A stretch of DNA of 27,115 nucleotides from Promethearchaeota archaeon. GTDB lineage: Archaea; Asgardarchaeota; Lokiarchaeia; Sigyniarchaeales; SOKP01. The notes beneath the pieces were generated by a model. It did no database searches. It was not told where the DNA came from and saw only the letters and a list, made by a program, of their open reading frames with translations. The DNA lies in the NCBI GenBank assembly GCA_011364925.1, contig RDOA01000048.1:1-27115 (forward strand), read 5' to 3'. Shown here piece by piece: positions 18,160 to 27,115 of this stretch (positions within the stretch are counted from its first letter, which is position 1; the number at the start of each line of letters is the position of its first letter). A program made the position numbers and the translations under genes.

Positions 18160-18357
18160 TTTGCTATTTATAATTTTTGCGTCGAGAAGTGAATCCTATT
18201 CCCTCTTTTTCTTAGAAATTGATCGCAATTATACGCAGAGAATAAATCCAAACAATTAAAAAGAAAAAGGAAAAGAAAAAGGATTTATTCTCTTCATAAT
18301 ACTGTGATTAATGGAATATTGGTGCGCTTGCAACCAACCCATGAACCAGTATTATGT
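18160..18357 (-). ncRNA. putative structured 5' leader, unit B
   Basis: Stem 1 CAUAAUACUG/CAGUAUUAUG with inner AUGG/CCAU and GUUGGU/ACCAAU; stem 2 perfect 12 bp GAGAAUAAAUCC/GGAUUUAUUCUC around a U-rich loop with UCUUUUUAAUU; stem 3 UGCGU/ACGCA closing sub-hairpins. TATA-like TTTTTATA at 18388-18381. Confidence 0.6.
18256..18297 (-). CDS. putative leader peptide MKRINPFSFPFSF (extendable in frame to ATG 18342, 28 aa)
   Basis: ATG AAG AGA ATA AAT CCT TTT TCT TTT CCT TTT TCT TTT TAA; same position as the unit A uORF. Confidence 0.35.
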   Translation of the reverse strand: MKRINPFSFPFSF

Positions 18358-18561
18358 CGCGAAATATACATTATTAAAAATATAAAAAGAATGTACACTA
18401 ATAAATATTGTGGGCATTTATTCCCATATACTTTAATATTCTATTGAGCATTAATCAAAAATGTAACTAAAGCTGATTAATAATCTATTAAATTCATTAT
18501 GCTTTTTATTCATCATCGCAGATTATTTGCTAATATCTAAATTACAATATACTTTAGAATA

Positions 18562-19884
18562 ATGGAAAAGAGAATTGTAATCGTTGGAGCTGGGAGTACG
18601 TCTTTTGGTCCTTCTATTCTGCTAGATCTTTATCAGAGCAATATTTTGCAGGGTTCAACGATAGTTTTACACGATATTAACAAGCATTACTTAGAAATTG
18701 TTTTCGAATTAACTCAAGCTGAAAACAAGATTCACGAAAATAAATTTACTATTGAACGAACTGTAAATCGTAAAGAAGCATTGGAAGGAGCAGATTTCGT
18801 AATAAGTTCGATTGAGGTTGGGGATCGATTTAAATTATGGCGACAGGATTATGAAATTCCAAGAAAACATGGTTCAACTCAAATATTGGGGGAATGTGGG
18901 GGACCGGGCGGAACTATGCACGCGTTTCGAATTATTCCCCCAATTTTAGAGATTGTTAAAGATGTTGATAAAATATGCCCGAACGCTTTTTTCATAAACT
19001 TTTCAAATCCAATGGCTAGAGTATGTTTAGCAATAAAACGAACAGTTCCAAATCTTAGATTTGTAGGGCTATGTCATCAAATAGCAGACTTAAATCACCA
19101 TTTACCTATTATGTTAAGTAGGAATTTAGACTATTTAAAGCTAAAGCCCTATGGCTTAAATCATTTCGGATTTCTAATGGGACTTGAAGATTTAAGTTCT
19201 GGAGAGGATTTGATGCCTGATTTTAACAAAGTTGCATTAGATTATTTCACGCAACATGAGGATAGATTTCAATTCTCTAAATTGACTTTTGAAATCTACA
19301 AAAGATTTGGTTATTTCCCTTATGTAAGTGATACTCATCTTGGTGAATATTTACAATTTGGAGAAGAATTTACAGAAAAAAGAGATATGATAGATTGGAT
19401 TGATCATACCGAAAAAGGTGGAGAAAGAACTCACAATCGCATTATGAGACTCTATAATCGTTTAAACCGTGGGAAATATTATAAAAAGGGAATTTTTTAT
19501 AAGGGAACATCAGGAGAGAGGGCAATTCCAATAATCGAAGCAATTATAACTGATAAGAATTCCTATGAGAGTGCGATTAACATTCCTAACGATCATATCA
19601 TCGATAATCTCCCTCAGGATCTTGTAATTGAATGTCCAGTAATAGTGAATAAGAATGGAGTTAAAGGGGTAAAATGGGGTAACTTACCACGCCAAATTGC
19701 AGCTTTACTTCGAATTGAAGCGACCATTCAAGATTTGTGTGTTGAAGCCATCCTTCAGAATTCAAAAGACTTAGCAATAACAGCTCTAGCGATTGATCCT
19801 AATGTGGGAGACTTTGAAATAGCCGACAACATTTTCAAGGAAATGAAAGGACTACAAGAGGATTTTCTTCCAAAGTTTCGTTAG
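18562..19884 (+). CDS. glycoside hydrolase family 4 (NAD+/Mn2+-dependent alpha-galactosidase/alpha-glucosidase)
   Basis: IVGAGS Rossmann motif, ALEGADFVI, GECGGPGG, NFSNP, GLCH and GLNH. Confidence 0.9.
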   Translation: MEKRIVIVGAGSTSFGPSILLDLYQSNILQGSTIVLHDINKHYLEIVFELTQAENKIHENKFTIERTVNRKEALEGADFVISSIEVGDRFKLWRQDYEIPRKHGSTQILGECGGPGGTMHAFRIIPPILEIVKDVDKICPNAFFINFSNPMARVCLAIKRTVPNLRFVGLCHQIADLNHHLPIMLSRNLDYLKLKPYGLNHFGFLMGLEDLSSGEDLMPDFNKVALDYFTQHEDRFQFSKLTFEIYKRFGYFPYVSDTHLGEYLQFGEEFTEKRDMIDWIDHTEKGGERTHNRIMRLYNRLNRGKYYKKGIFYKGTSGERAIPIIEAIITDKNSYESAINIPNDHIIDNLPQDLVIECPVIVNKNGVKGVKWGNLPRQIAALLRIEATIQDLCVEAILQNSKDLAITALAIDPNVGDFEIADNIFKEMKGLQEDFLPKFR

Positions 19885-20023
19885 GTATTGTACTCTACCC
19901 TATTTTTATAGCTGATTAACACTTTTACCATAATTTGTTAAATTTTACACCTTTTTCAATCTAAACCTTTTTTAAGGAAAAAATCTAATTATTTAAAGAA
20001 TAGAAAAATTCAATGTGAGGCAA

Positions 20024-20968
20024 ATGAAATCTAATACAAACAATAAATCTGAAGAGAAGATTACAAAAGCTACTGAACTTCTCTGGAAGATATGGTGGTT
20101 CAGTTTTTATTTAATCATAGTGCCGTCCTTAATTGCTGTTGTAGGATTTTTCATTTACTTCTTTGTCGGAAAAGACCTTTATGTCTCAATTGGTCTATCG
20201 GTTATAACTTTTATGTTTGTTCTGTTGTTTTTCTTTAAATCTTTTGATAAATATCGAAATAATCCATTTTTTCTCAACAAGAAAAACAATCTTTCCGCTA
20301 GGATCAATATCCTTTTCCTCATTACGATTTTATCACTTATTGTTACTCCAATTTTTGTAATTTTAACTCCGGGAGAAGACATCTATTTTGAGCTCTTACC
20401 TTTAATTTCGTTCATTTTACTTTATAACATAGTGTATTACTATTTTTTTTTCCAACCTATTGATAATTTTGACTTTACTGAATCAAGATATAAACACGAA
20501 TCCCCTTTTTCTGAATGGATTAAACAACCATACAATTTCATTGTGTTATTTAATTATGTCATTCATATTCTTTTTCTTTCATACACTTTTGATACTAAAA
20601 TATCCTGGTTATTTCCGCTTATCTCTAATGTAATATTTTATCTAATTAGCCGTTTAACTACCATAAAGAACATTAAGAGACTGACTGCATCTAACATAGA
20701 TGAAAAATCATTTTTACGAGAGTTAACCGTCTACAAGAAAAAATTCATAAATATAATTCTCACCTTAAACTTTACGCTAATAATTCAATTGCCCTTTGTA
20801 ATTACTTTGGGGTTTATCTTCTCGGGTGTTGATTACCAGGTATTGGAGTTAATTACGATATCGTTTTTAGCTTTAATCTTTTTATCGTTCTACTTTAAAA
20901 TCAGGTTGTACGTAAGTTCCTACTATAACAAACTACTTAGGAGGTTTGAAATCAATGAACACGAGTGA
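20024..20968 (+). CDS. multi-pass membrane protein of unknown function
   Basis: About 8 hydrophobic segments by eye. Start ATG 20024 or GTG 20015. Overlaps the start of the giant ORF by 14 nt. Confidence 0.75.
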   Translation: MKSNTNNKSEEKITKATELLWKIWWFSFYLIIVPSLIAVVGFFIYFFVGKDLYVSIGLSVITFMFVLLFFFKSFDKYRNNPFFLNKKNNLSARINILFLITILSLIVTPIFVILTPGEDIYFELLPLISFILLYNIVYYYFFFQPIDNFDFTESRYKHESPFSEWIKQPYNFIVLFNYVIHILFLSYTFDTKISWLFPLISNVIFYLISRLTTIKNIKRLTASNIDEKSFLRELTVYKKKFINIILTLNFTLIIQLPFVITLGFIFSGVDYQVLELITISFLALIFLSFYFKIRLYVSSYYNKLLRRFEINEHE

Positions 20969-23900
20969 TTCTGAGGATTTAGATTTAGATATTAACAGGA
21001 AATATTATAAATTAAATTTTGTAGTCTCGTTATTGTTAATCTTACTCACTTTTTCAGTTTCTATATTGAATAATACTCTTGTTATTGCTATTATTGCTTT
21101 ACCAGCAATGTTTATTCTCACCTATCTAGAGGAAAAATACAATTTTACTGTTAAAAGTTATAGTAGATTTGTATATCTAATTAACTGTACAATAATCTTA
21201 ATTTTAGTAATATTTTGGATTTTCTCGGCATATTTTGGGTTTAATTTCATTAATATACAATTTATAATTTTCAACTTGTCCTTTTATTTTATTTTACAAA
21301 TTTTTGTCAAATTTGACTATTTTAAAGAAAGGAACATTTTAATTGTCCAAAATATTTTCGCAGTTGCTACTTTTACAATTATTTTGTATTCTTTCTTTCC
21401 TTTTATCGAACTTATATACATAGATTTCACTTCAAATCCTATTTTAATACTAGTCTCTAATGTTATGATTCATTCGATTATTATCTTAATCATTACTTTA
21501 ATTTCTTTTTATTTCTTATATGCTAGGATCAAGTTATATAAGAAACCATGGAAGCTTTTTAATTATATCATAATAACCGTGTTCTTGTTAATCGAGATCA
21601 TTGGATTTACTTTATTAAATATTAGAAATTTCCATCTAGGCGTTCCAATATTTCAAAGGGGTTTGAAAGTATCAACCATTTTGCTCTCAGTTTCGTTTCT
21701 TATATTTGTATTATTTAATTACATTATTCGTGTTTTTGCTCGGGAACTTAGTCTACTGCTTGTTTACTACTCTTGCTGGTTTTTAGCTTCTTCGATCTTT
21801 TTGGTGCTCATCGTCCTTTATTGGAGTAATATTGTTATAGTATTTTTTGATTTAATTCTTGTAACAGTTCTTTCGCTTTTAAATTTAAAATTTGGAACTT
21901 ATCTGAAAAAAATCAAAGAGAAGACTTTCTTAAAATTAGTTAAATTTAGCTTTTATGCACTTCTGTTAGAGATCTTCTTATTATTCTACGGGATTTTCAA
22001 TTATTTCTTCTTCTTAAATATAATTATCTCTTTATTTCTCTCCTTGTGCATTATAGGAGGTATCTTTAACCTACTATCGTACTATGAAAAAGTTATATCA
22101 AGAAAAATCAGGATCATTATAACTTCATTCATCTTTCTTTCTGATATTTCTATTGTAATATTTTACTACATCACCGCTAACATTGGGTCTTTCTATGTTT
22201 ACCTGGTTCTTCCAATTATACTTTGTTTTCTATTCTATATTCCAATCTATTATCTGTATAAAGAAGATGTACTTAAAAAGAAAATTCTTGCACTATATAG
22301 TTATCTATCCTCATGGGCACTTACAATAATAATTTTCACGCTGAATTTTTTTATTATCGTTGCATATTTCTATGCAGACCTTCTATTAGGTTCTCTTTTA
22401 AATTTCTTGTTCCTGACTTTTTGTCTCGTTGTTCTCACATCCTTTGGTAGGAAAATAAAGAGGTTAAAAGAATCGTCCTCTCGGGTTATCTTAAATTTCT
22501 TAAGTTATCCTATTATGATAGAAATATTCATTCTTCTTTTTACTGTGTTCGCATTCTATCTCAGACTAGATGGCTTCTTATCCTCGTTTTTGTCGCTTTC
22601 TATAATTAGTTTTATTTTTTATTTGTTATCGAAGCAAGAAAAATTATTTCCTAAATTTCCGAAAATAATTTTAAACACAATCACATTTTACTTTGGTGTT
22701 TTCATTGCGGGATATTACAGCGTTTTGTTTACTCTTGGAACCTACTTTCTTTATTTCATACCGCTTATTATTATTAGTGTTCTTTCATATCTGCCAATTT
22801 TTTACTTATATAAGAAAACTGTTATAAATCGTAACACATTTTTAAAATATCATTTCTTTTGCTCTATAATTATCTCGCTGGCTATTTTCGCTTTCAATTT
22901 CTTTACGATTTTTAGCTTCTTAAACGTGTTTATAGTATTCTTGATAATAGTTAATATTCTTTATATTTCTGTTGTTTCTTATTACATTTCCAAATTAGGA
23001 GTAAAAGTGAACATTGTATCGAAAGAATTTTTTAAGAAGTTTTCTGCTTTCATAAATGTTTTAATTATTATAGAAGCCTATGCAATTTTGTACTCAATTT
23101 TTAACCAGGAGTTATTAGTAGAGCCAGTTTTATCAGCTTATTTTTCAACCATCCCTATTTGCTTCTTAATCAATGTTTTATCAAGATCAAGAATTATCTT
23201 CTCAGATAAAAGCGCGATTGGAATAAACATATTAACTTTAACTTTTACTAGTGCTCTCATATCTTACTATGCTTACTTATTTACTTATAACTCGATTCTT
23301 GTTTTTATTCTCCCTCCGTTAGTCTTTAGCATACTAATGTTAGCTCCTTTATATTATTCCTTAAGTAAGAGAATATTCCGCAAATTTGTTGAAAAAGTGT
23401 TGCTAGTAGACAGTTTGTTAATATGGATGTTAGTCGTTTCCCTCCCAACTATAATAAGTCTGGAGTTAATGAGAATTGGAATTATTATTGATTATAGTTT
23501 TATCCTGATTCCGACAATAATTTTGATCTTTGGAGTTTCAAGGTATATTGAGTTTCTTGTCGACAAATATAAGGTCAAGGAGAAATATATTGTTACTCTT
23601 AAATCAATTCAGATTATAATTTTTGTAGCTTTAGCTACATCCATCTGCTTAAGGATTTTCCAATTGATTTATTCTTTAACTTATAATTATTGGTTAAGTC
23701 TAGGAAGTTCTTGTTTAACTTTTTTAGTTGTCAATCTTATCAATCTAGTTCCATTAGAAAATCTTAAGCAAAGGATTTTTGAGAACGAAGGAAGTAAATA
23801 CGATTATTATAAAATCTACAAAATATTCGAATACACCAAAAATCTCTCATTTTTTGCCATAATAGTATCTCTAGCCTTTATAATTACACTGTTAATCCCC

Positions 23901-26900
23901 ACTCAGTTCTTAGTGTCTCTTTTGCATCTTCCTGAACCAGCACTCGTTCTTGTAGTCAGCAATATCGGAGTTTTTATTGTACTATATTTAATCTTATCAA
24001 CTATTGGTGGAACTTTATTTAAAGTAAATTTTATTAAATTAAAATCCACTTTTGAATTATCTGCATGGATTTTTGTTAATTTCCTGGTTTTCTTATATAT
24101 TTTTGTTCTCCCTATGCAATTTTCTTTACTCTTACGGATAACAATACCATTGGTAATCACTATTTTTATGTTCCCTATTACGCTTTATTATCTTCAAAAG
24201 CTCACATTCATCTCTGATAGGACACTGAAGTTCTCTAAGAAACTACTCTTTTATCTTTTTTCTGGCGGATTGATCGTTATTTTTGTCTATATATTCTGGT
24301 TATACTCCAATACCATCCCATTCTTTAGTTCGAATCTGTCTCTCCAAGTTTTCCTTGCAGGATGCTGTATATACCTATTTCTGAATTTCTACTTACTTAA
24401 ATTTGATGCAGTTGTCGAAAGAGCAACGGAATTTCGAATTGTAAAAATCTTTTCTGGCTCTTTTTTAGTATTATTCTCTTTATTTTCAGTATTCCCTAAC
24501 TTTCTTGATTATATATCTTACGCAGTCTTCATAATAGCAATAATTGTATTGCTCCTTAATCGAAACCGCAACTATTTAACACGCACAATCTATTACCTCT
24601 CCCTTAGTGCTTTTATATTCATTAAAGCGGTTGTGACTCTGAATCAATATATGCTAATTCCTTCTTTTAGTTTCACTTACATAACGCTTTATTCGTTCAT
24701 TTATAGCTTTTCGCTAATGGGAATGTTATTCTTATCGATTTTAATTAACTTAAAGAAAGTAAATGTAGTCGAAAAGTTTGCGTTATATTTTTTGATCTCT
24801 TTGAATTGCCTTATATTGTTGATTCTAAACACAGTGATTCCGTTAATTTACAACCTTTCAATTTCCGTATTCATATTCCTATTATTGACAAGTAATTTTT
24901 TCTATAGGCAAAAGGATGAGCGTTATAAATGGTTTATTAGACCGTGTGTACTTCTCTTCGCATTTGGTTTAGTAAGTTATCTTTCTTTTTATATCCTTTT
25001 CAACAATCCACTTTTTCAAGCTTTTAATCCAATCTTGACTTTCACATTAACTTCTACCATAACCGGTATTGCTTACGTAGGAACGTACAATAAAACACCT
25101 GAGAAGTTCAGAAGAATATCGTTTTACATTGCATTTTCAGTCTACATAATTTCATTTCCTACTTTTATGTATTTTTTCTTGAATGCTCTTTTTTCCTTAC
25201 AGTTATGGGATACATTCTTGTTTTTGATAACGATTAACATGGGAATTGCTCTATTTTATATCTCAATTGGTGTATATTACTGGAAGTTTTCGAGGGCGAT
25301 ATGGAAGACTGGTTGGAGAATTTGGATATTAGTTCCGTTTGTTAATTTCTATCTCATTAATGAATTGTTCACAAATATCTCATTTGTGAAAAATACACTA
25401 AATTTCTTTAACATTCTTAGTATTAATGGTTCATTTATTATATCGTTTGTAATATGCGTTCTAATTTCGCTACCTTTTTGGTATTCGTGGATTAAAAAGC
25501 ATTTTACTGTAGTACTCCTAGTAGTCTGGAGTTTAAGTTTGTTTTTCTTATATTGGTTCAGCCAAAATATTTTTCCAGATAATGTGGTAATAACCAATAT
25601 CGTATTTGTTGTATTCGCTATTTCTTTATTGGTTCCCCTAATCTATAGATTAAAACTTTGGAAAGTTATCACTGTTCTATGGCTAATTTATATCTTTGTA
25701 AATGTCTCGTTCTTTTTTACATTATTTTTAGAGATTCAATTATCTTTAGAAATCAATTTATCAATCAATATAATTATAATTGGACTCTTCTTTCTCATTT
25801 TGTCGTTTTTCCCGAATCTTCGGAACATAAAAAATGTAATTCTAATCGGTTCTTATCTCATTTCTCTAACAGGAATTTTTCTTACGCTTTTTAACATAAT
25901 TAATGCGATAATTTTGAATTTTTTCATTTCAATAAATATAGCTTTTATATTAATTGCATTGAGTTTATTTTCATCCAGAATCCTTAAACTCAACAGAACT
26001 TTCTTCAATTTCTTGATCTCCGCGATTTTAATCGTTAATTTCTCGTTGTTCACTTACAACGCTCTTATTTTGATCCCTGGATTCGAAATATTTTCAATAT
26101 TTCTAGCAATTACGGTTTTTGGTGGTTCTCTTTTCGTATTTAATAAATTTAGGATGATTATTCCAATAAAGAAATTAATTCCTTTAACGATATTATCTCT
26201 TGGAGTCTCCTTAACACTATCCTATTTAACATATACATTCTTACCCGGTTTCATTTACTTAGCGATAGCTGTTTTTATTTTGGTAAATTCCGTAATTTTA
26301 AGGTCACTACTCTACGAATACCGATTTATCTTGTGGTACGCCTTTCCAATTCCCTTAATTTTAATCTTTTTGCAATTTATAGTATTATCTGATTTATTTC
26401 AATCTCCGTTTGTTTTAATTCTATTATCTTTAATATTTTATACAGCATTAAATCAAATTCCATGTAGCTTATACAGAAAAAAAGTTAAAAATCAAGAAGA
26501 TCTAAAAGATTTTGGTTTATTAAAAGTTGAGCCCGTTCTCTTTTTGCTCCTCCATTTCGAAATCGGATTATTGAGTTATAGTTTAGTGAGTCAATTTCCA
26601 CCAATAGGTTTATTTGAAGCAATCCTAATCTCCATAATAGTTTTCTTTATCTCCACAATATCCGAAATCTACCTTTTTAAGAAAGCAAATGAAAAAGTAA
26701 TATATACATTTAATATAATTGCATATATCTTTATTACTATAGGAACCTTCGTATTTATACATCAATTCACAACGATAGATTTATCTATTTTTGTATTAAA
26801 CATAGTAGTGTTCTTAATTTTGCAATTCTATACACTCTATGCTTTTGCACATTATGTTGAAGTATTAACTCAATATGAAGCAAGTAAAATAAAAAAATTT

Positions 26901-27115
26901 CGAAAACAAATTCAAAATATCTTATTGAATTCAATTTTTATTGTAGTTAGTATATATATTTCGCTACTATTAAGTAATCTATTAATAGCATATAATCCAT
27001 TACTCTCTGGATTTGCCTCATTATCCTTTTTTGGGATGGTTTTTTCCTTATTGATGTTTGTACTTAACGGGATACTCAATCGCACAATAGAAAAAAGATT
27101 TAAAAATATAATTCT
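20955..27115 (+). CDS. giant polytopic membrane protein (>2050 aa, 3'-truncated) with internal 184-aa repeats
   Basis: ATG 20955 (MNTSDSEDLDLDINRKYYKLNFVVSLLLILL...). The frame is open wherever I read it, including the last bases (VLNGILNRTIEKRFKNII), and the track lists no closed ORF in this frame. Hydrophobic helices alternate with Lys-rich loops throughout. Confidence 0.85.
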   Translation, partial: MNTSDSEDLDLDINRKYYKLNFVVSLLLILLTFSVSILNNTLVIAIIALPAMFILTYLEEKYNFTVKSYSRFVYLINCTIILILVIFWIFSAYFGFNFINIQFIIFNLSFYFILQIFVKFDYFKERNILIVQNIFAVATFTIILYSFFPFIELIYIDFTSNPILILVSNVMIHSIIILIITLISFYFLYARIKLYKKPWKLFNYIIITVFLLIEIIGFTLLNIRNFHLGVPIFQRGLKVSTILLSVSFLIFVLFNYIIRVFARELSLLLVYYSCWFLASSIFLVLIVLYWSNIVIVFFDLILVTVLSLLNLKFGTYLKKIKEKTFLKLVKFSFYALLLEIFLLFYGIFNYFFFLNIIISLFLSLCIIGGIFNLLSYYEKVISRKIRIIITSFIFLSDISIVIFYYITANIGSFYVYLVLPIILCFLFYIPIYYLYKEDVLKKKILALYSYLSSWALTIIIFTLNFFIIVAYFYADLLLGSLLNFLFLTFCLVVLTSFGRKIKRLKESSSRVILNFLSYPIMIEIFILLFTVFAFYLRLDGFLSSFLSLSIISFIFYLLSKQEKLFPKFPKIILNTITFYFGVFIAGYYSVLFTLGTYFLYFIPLIIISVLSYLPIFYLYKKTVINRNTFLKYHFFCSIIISLAIFAFNFFTIFSFLNVFIVFLIIVNILYISVVSYYISKLGVKVNIVSKEFFKKFSAFINVLIIIEAYAILYSIFNQELLVEPVLSAYFSTIPICFLINVLSRSRIIFSDKSAIGINILTLTFTSALISYYAYLFTYNSILVFILPPLVFSILMLAPLYYSLSKRIFRKFVEKVLLVDSLLIWMLVVSLPTIISLELMRIGIIIDYSFILIPTIILIFGVSRYIEFLVDKYKVKEKYIVTLKSIQIIIFVALATSICLRIFQLIYSLTYNYWLSLGSSCLTFLVVNLINLVPLENLKQRIFENEGSKYDYYKIYKIFEYTKNLSFFAIIVSLAFIITLLIPTQFLVSLLHLPEPALVLVVSNIGVFIVLYLILSTIGGTLFKVNFIKLKSTFELSAWIFVNFLVFLYIFVLPMQFSLLLRITIPLVITIFMFPITLYYLQKLTFISDRTLKFSKKLLFYLFSGGLIVIFVYIFWLYSNTIPFFSSNLSLQVFLAGCCIYLFLNFYLLKFDAVVERATEFRIVKIFSGSFLVLFSLFSVFPNFLDYISYAVFIIAIIVLLLNRNRNYLTRTIYYLSLSAFIFIKAVVTLNQYMLIPSFSFTYITLYSFIYSFSLMGMLFLSILINLKKVNVVEKFALYFLISLNCLILLILNTVIPLIYNLSISVFIFLLLTSNFFYRQKDERYKWFIRPCVLLFAFGLVSYLSFYILFNNPLFQAFNPILTFTLTSTITGIAYVGTYNKTPEKFRRISFYIAFSVYIISFPTFMYFFLNALFSLQLWDTFLFLITINMGIALFYISIGVYYWKFSRAIWKTGWRIWILVPFVNFYLINELFTNISFVKNTLNFFNILSINGSFIISFVICVLISLPFWYSWIKKHFTVVLLVVWSLSLFFLYWFSQNIFPDNVVITNIVFVVFAISLLVPLIYRLKLWKVITVLWLIYIFVNVSFFFTLFLEIQLSLEINLSINIIIIGLFFLILSFFPNLRNIKNVILIGSYLISLTGIFLTLFNIINAIILNFFISINIAFILIALSLFSSRILKLNRTFFNFLISAILIVNFSLFTYNALILIPGFEIFSIFLAITVFGGSLFVFNKFRMIIPIKKLIPLTILSLGVSLTLSYLTYTFLPGFIYLAIAVFILVNSVILRSLLYEYRFILWYAFPIPLILIFLQFIVLSDLFQSPFVLILLSLIFYTALNQIPCSLYRKKVKNQEDLKDFGLLKVEPVLFLLLHFEIGLLSYSLVSQFPPIGLFEAILISIIVFFISTISEIYLFKKANEKVIYTFNIIAYIFITIGTFVFIHQFTTIDLSIFVLNIVVFLILQFYTLYAFAHYVEVLTQYEASKIKKFRKQIQNILLNSIFIVVSIYISLLLSNLLIAYNPLLSGFASLSFFGMVFSLLMFVLNGILNRTIEKRFKNII
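21891..23546 (+). repeat. three tandem protein-level repeats of 184 aa (552 nt) within the giant membrane ORF
   Basis: Anchor codons recur every 552 nt: Gly 21894/22446/22998, Glu 21969/22521/23073, Pro 22242/22794/23346 (PIYYLYK, PIFYLYK, PLYYSLSK). Confidence 0.8.

Noticed and set aside
17535-18357. Reading the duplicated hairpins as a CRISPR array, MITE or simple terminators
   Set aside because: No regular repeat-spacer pattern, no terminal inverted repeats with target-site duplication, and the hairpins lie 5' of the ORFs with the U-tract inside the loop.
20179-26053. Short ORFs 20179..20382, 23903..24160, 25349..25597, 25658..25894 and 25853..26053
   Set aside because: Antisense or out-of-frame within the membrane gene and the giant ORF.

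Overview
AT-rich archaeal chromosomal window. An Asgard/Lokiarchaeia-like origin is inferred from the PolB1-type polymerase, a BHB-intron tRNA without encoded CCA, GGAGGTG ribosome-binding sites and gene content; it is not proven. In order, it holds: the 3' end of a Tes/MJ0619-like radical SAM gene, a small hypothetical, a MoaD/ThiS-fold protein without C-terminal GG, a dolichol/phytol-kinase-like membrane protein, DNA polymerase B1, tldD-pmbA, a tandem DUF2934-like protein, tRNA-Thr(UGU) with an intron at non-canonical position 30/31, an NPP/alkaline-phosphatase-superfamily enzyme plus a 5'-nucleotidase, a cyclase/kynurenine formamidase, two paralogous Cys-rich 4Fe-4S proteins, a DUF134 protein, a DapL-like aminotransferase, a GH4 glycosidase, a membrane protein, and a giant (>2050 aa) polytopic membrane ORF that the ORF track omits because it runs off the window; it contains an exact 184-aa tandem repeat. 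The most unusual element is at 17343-18390 on the minus strand: two tandem, diverged units, each made of a TATA box, a multi-hairpin leader with compensatory/GU pairs, a U-rich loop encoding a conserved tiny uORF (MRVDPFRSSF / MKRINPFSFPFSF), a GGAGGTG RBS and a ~58-aa microprotein. This is a candidate undescribed archaeal leader-RNA/uORF (attenuation-like) regulatory system.
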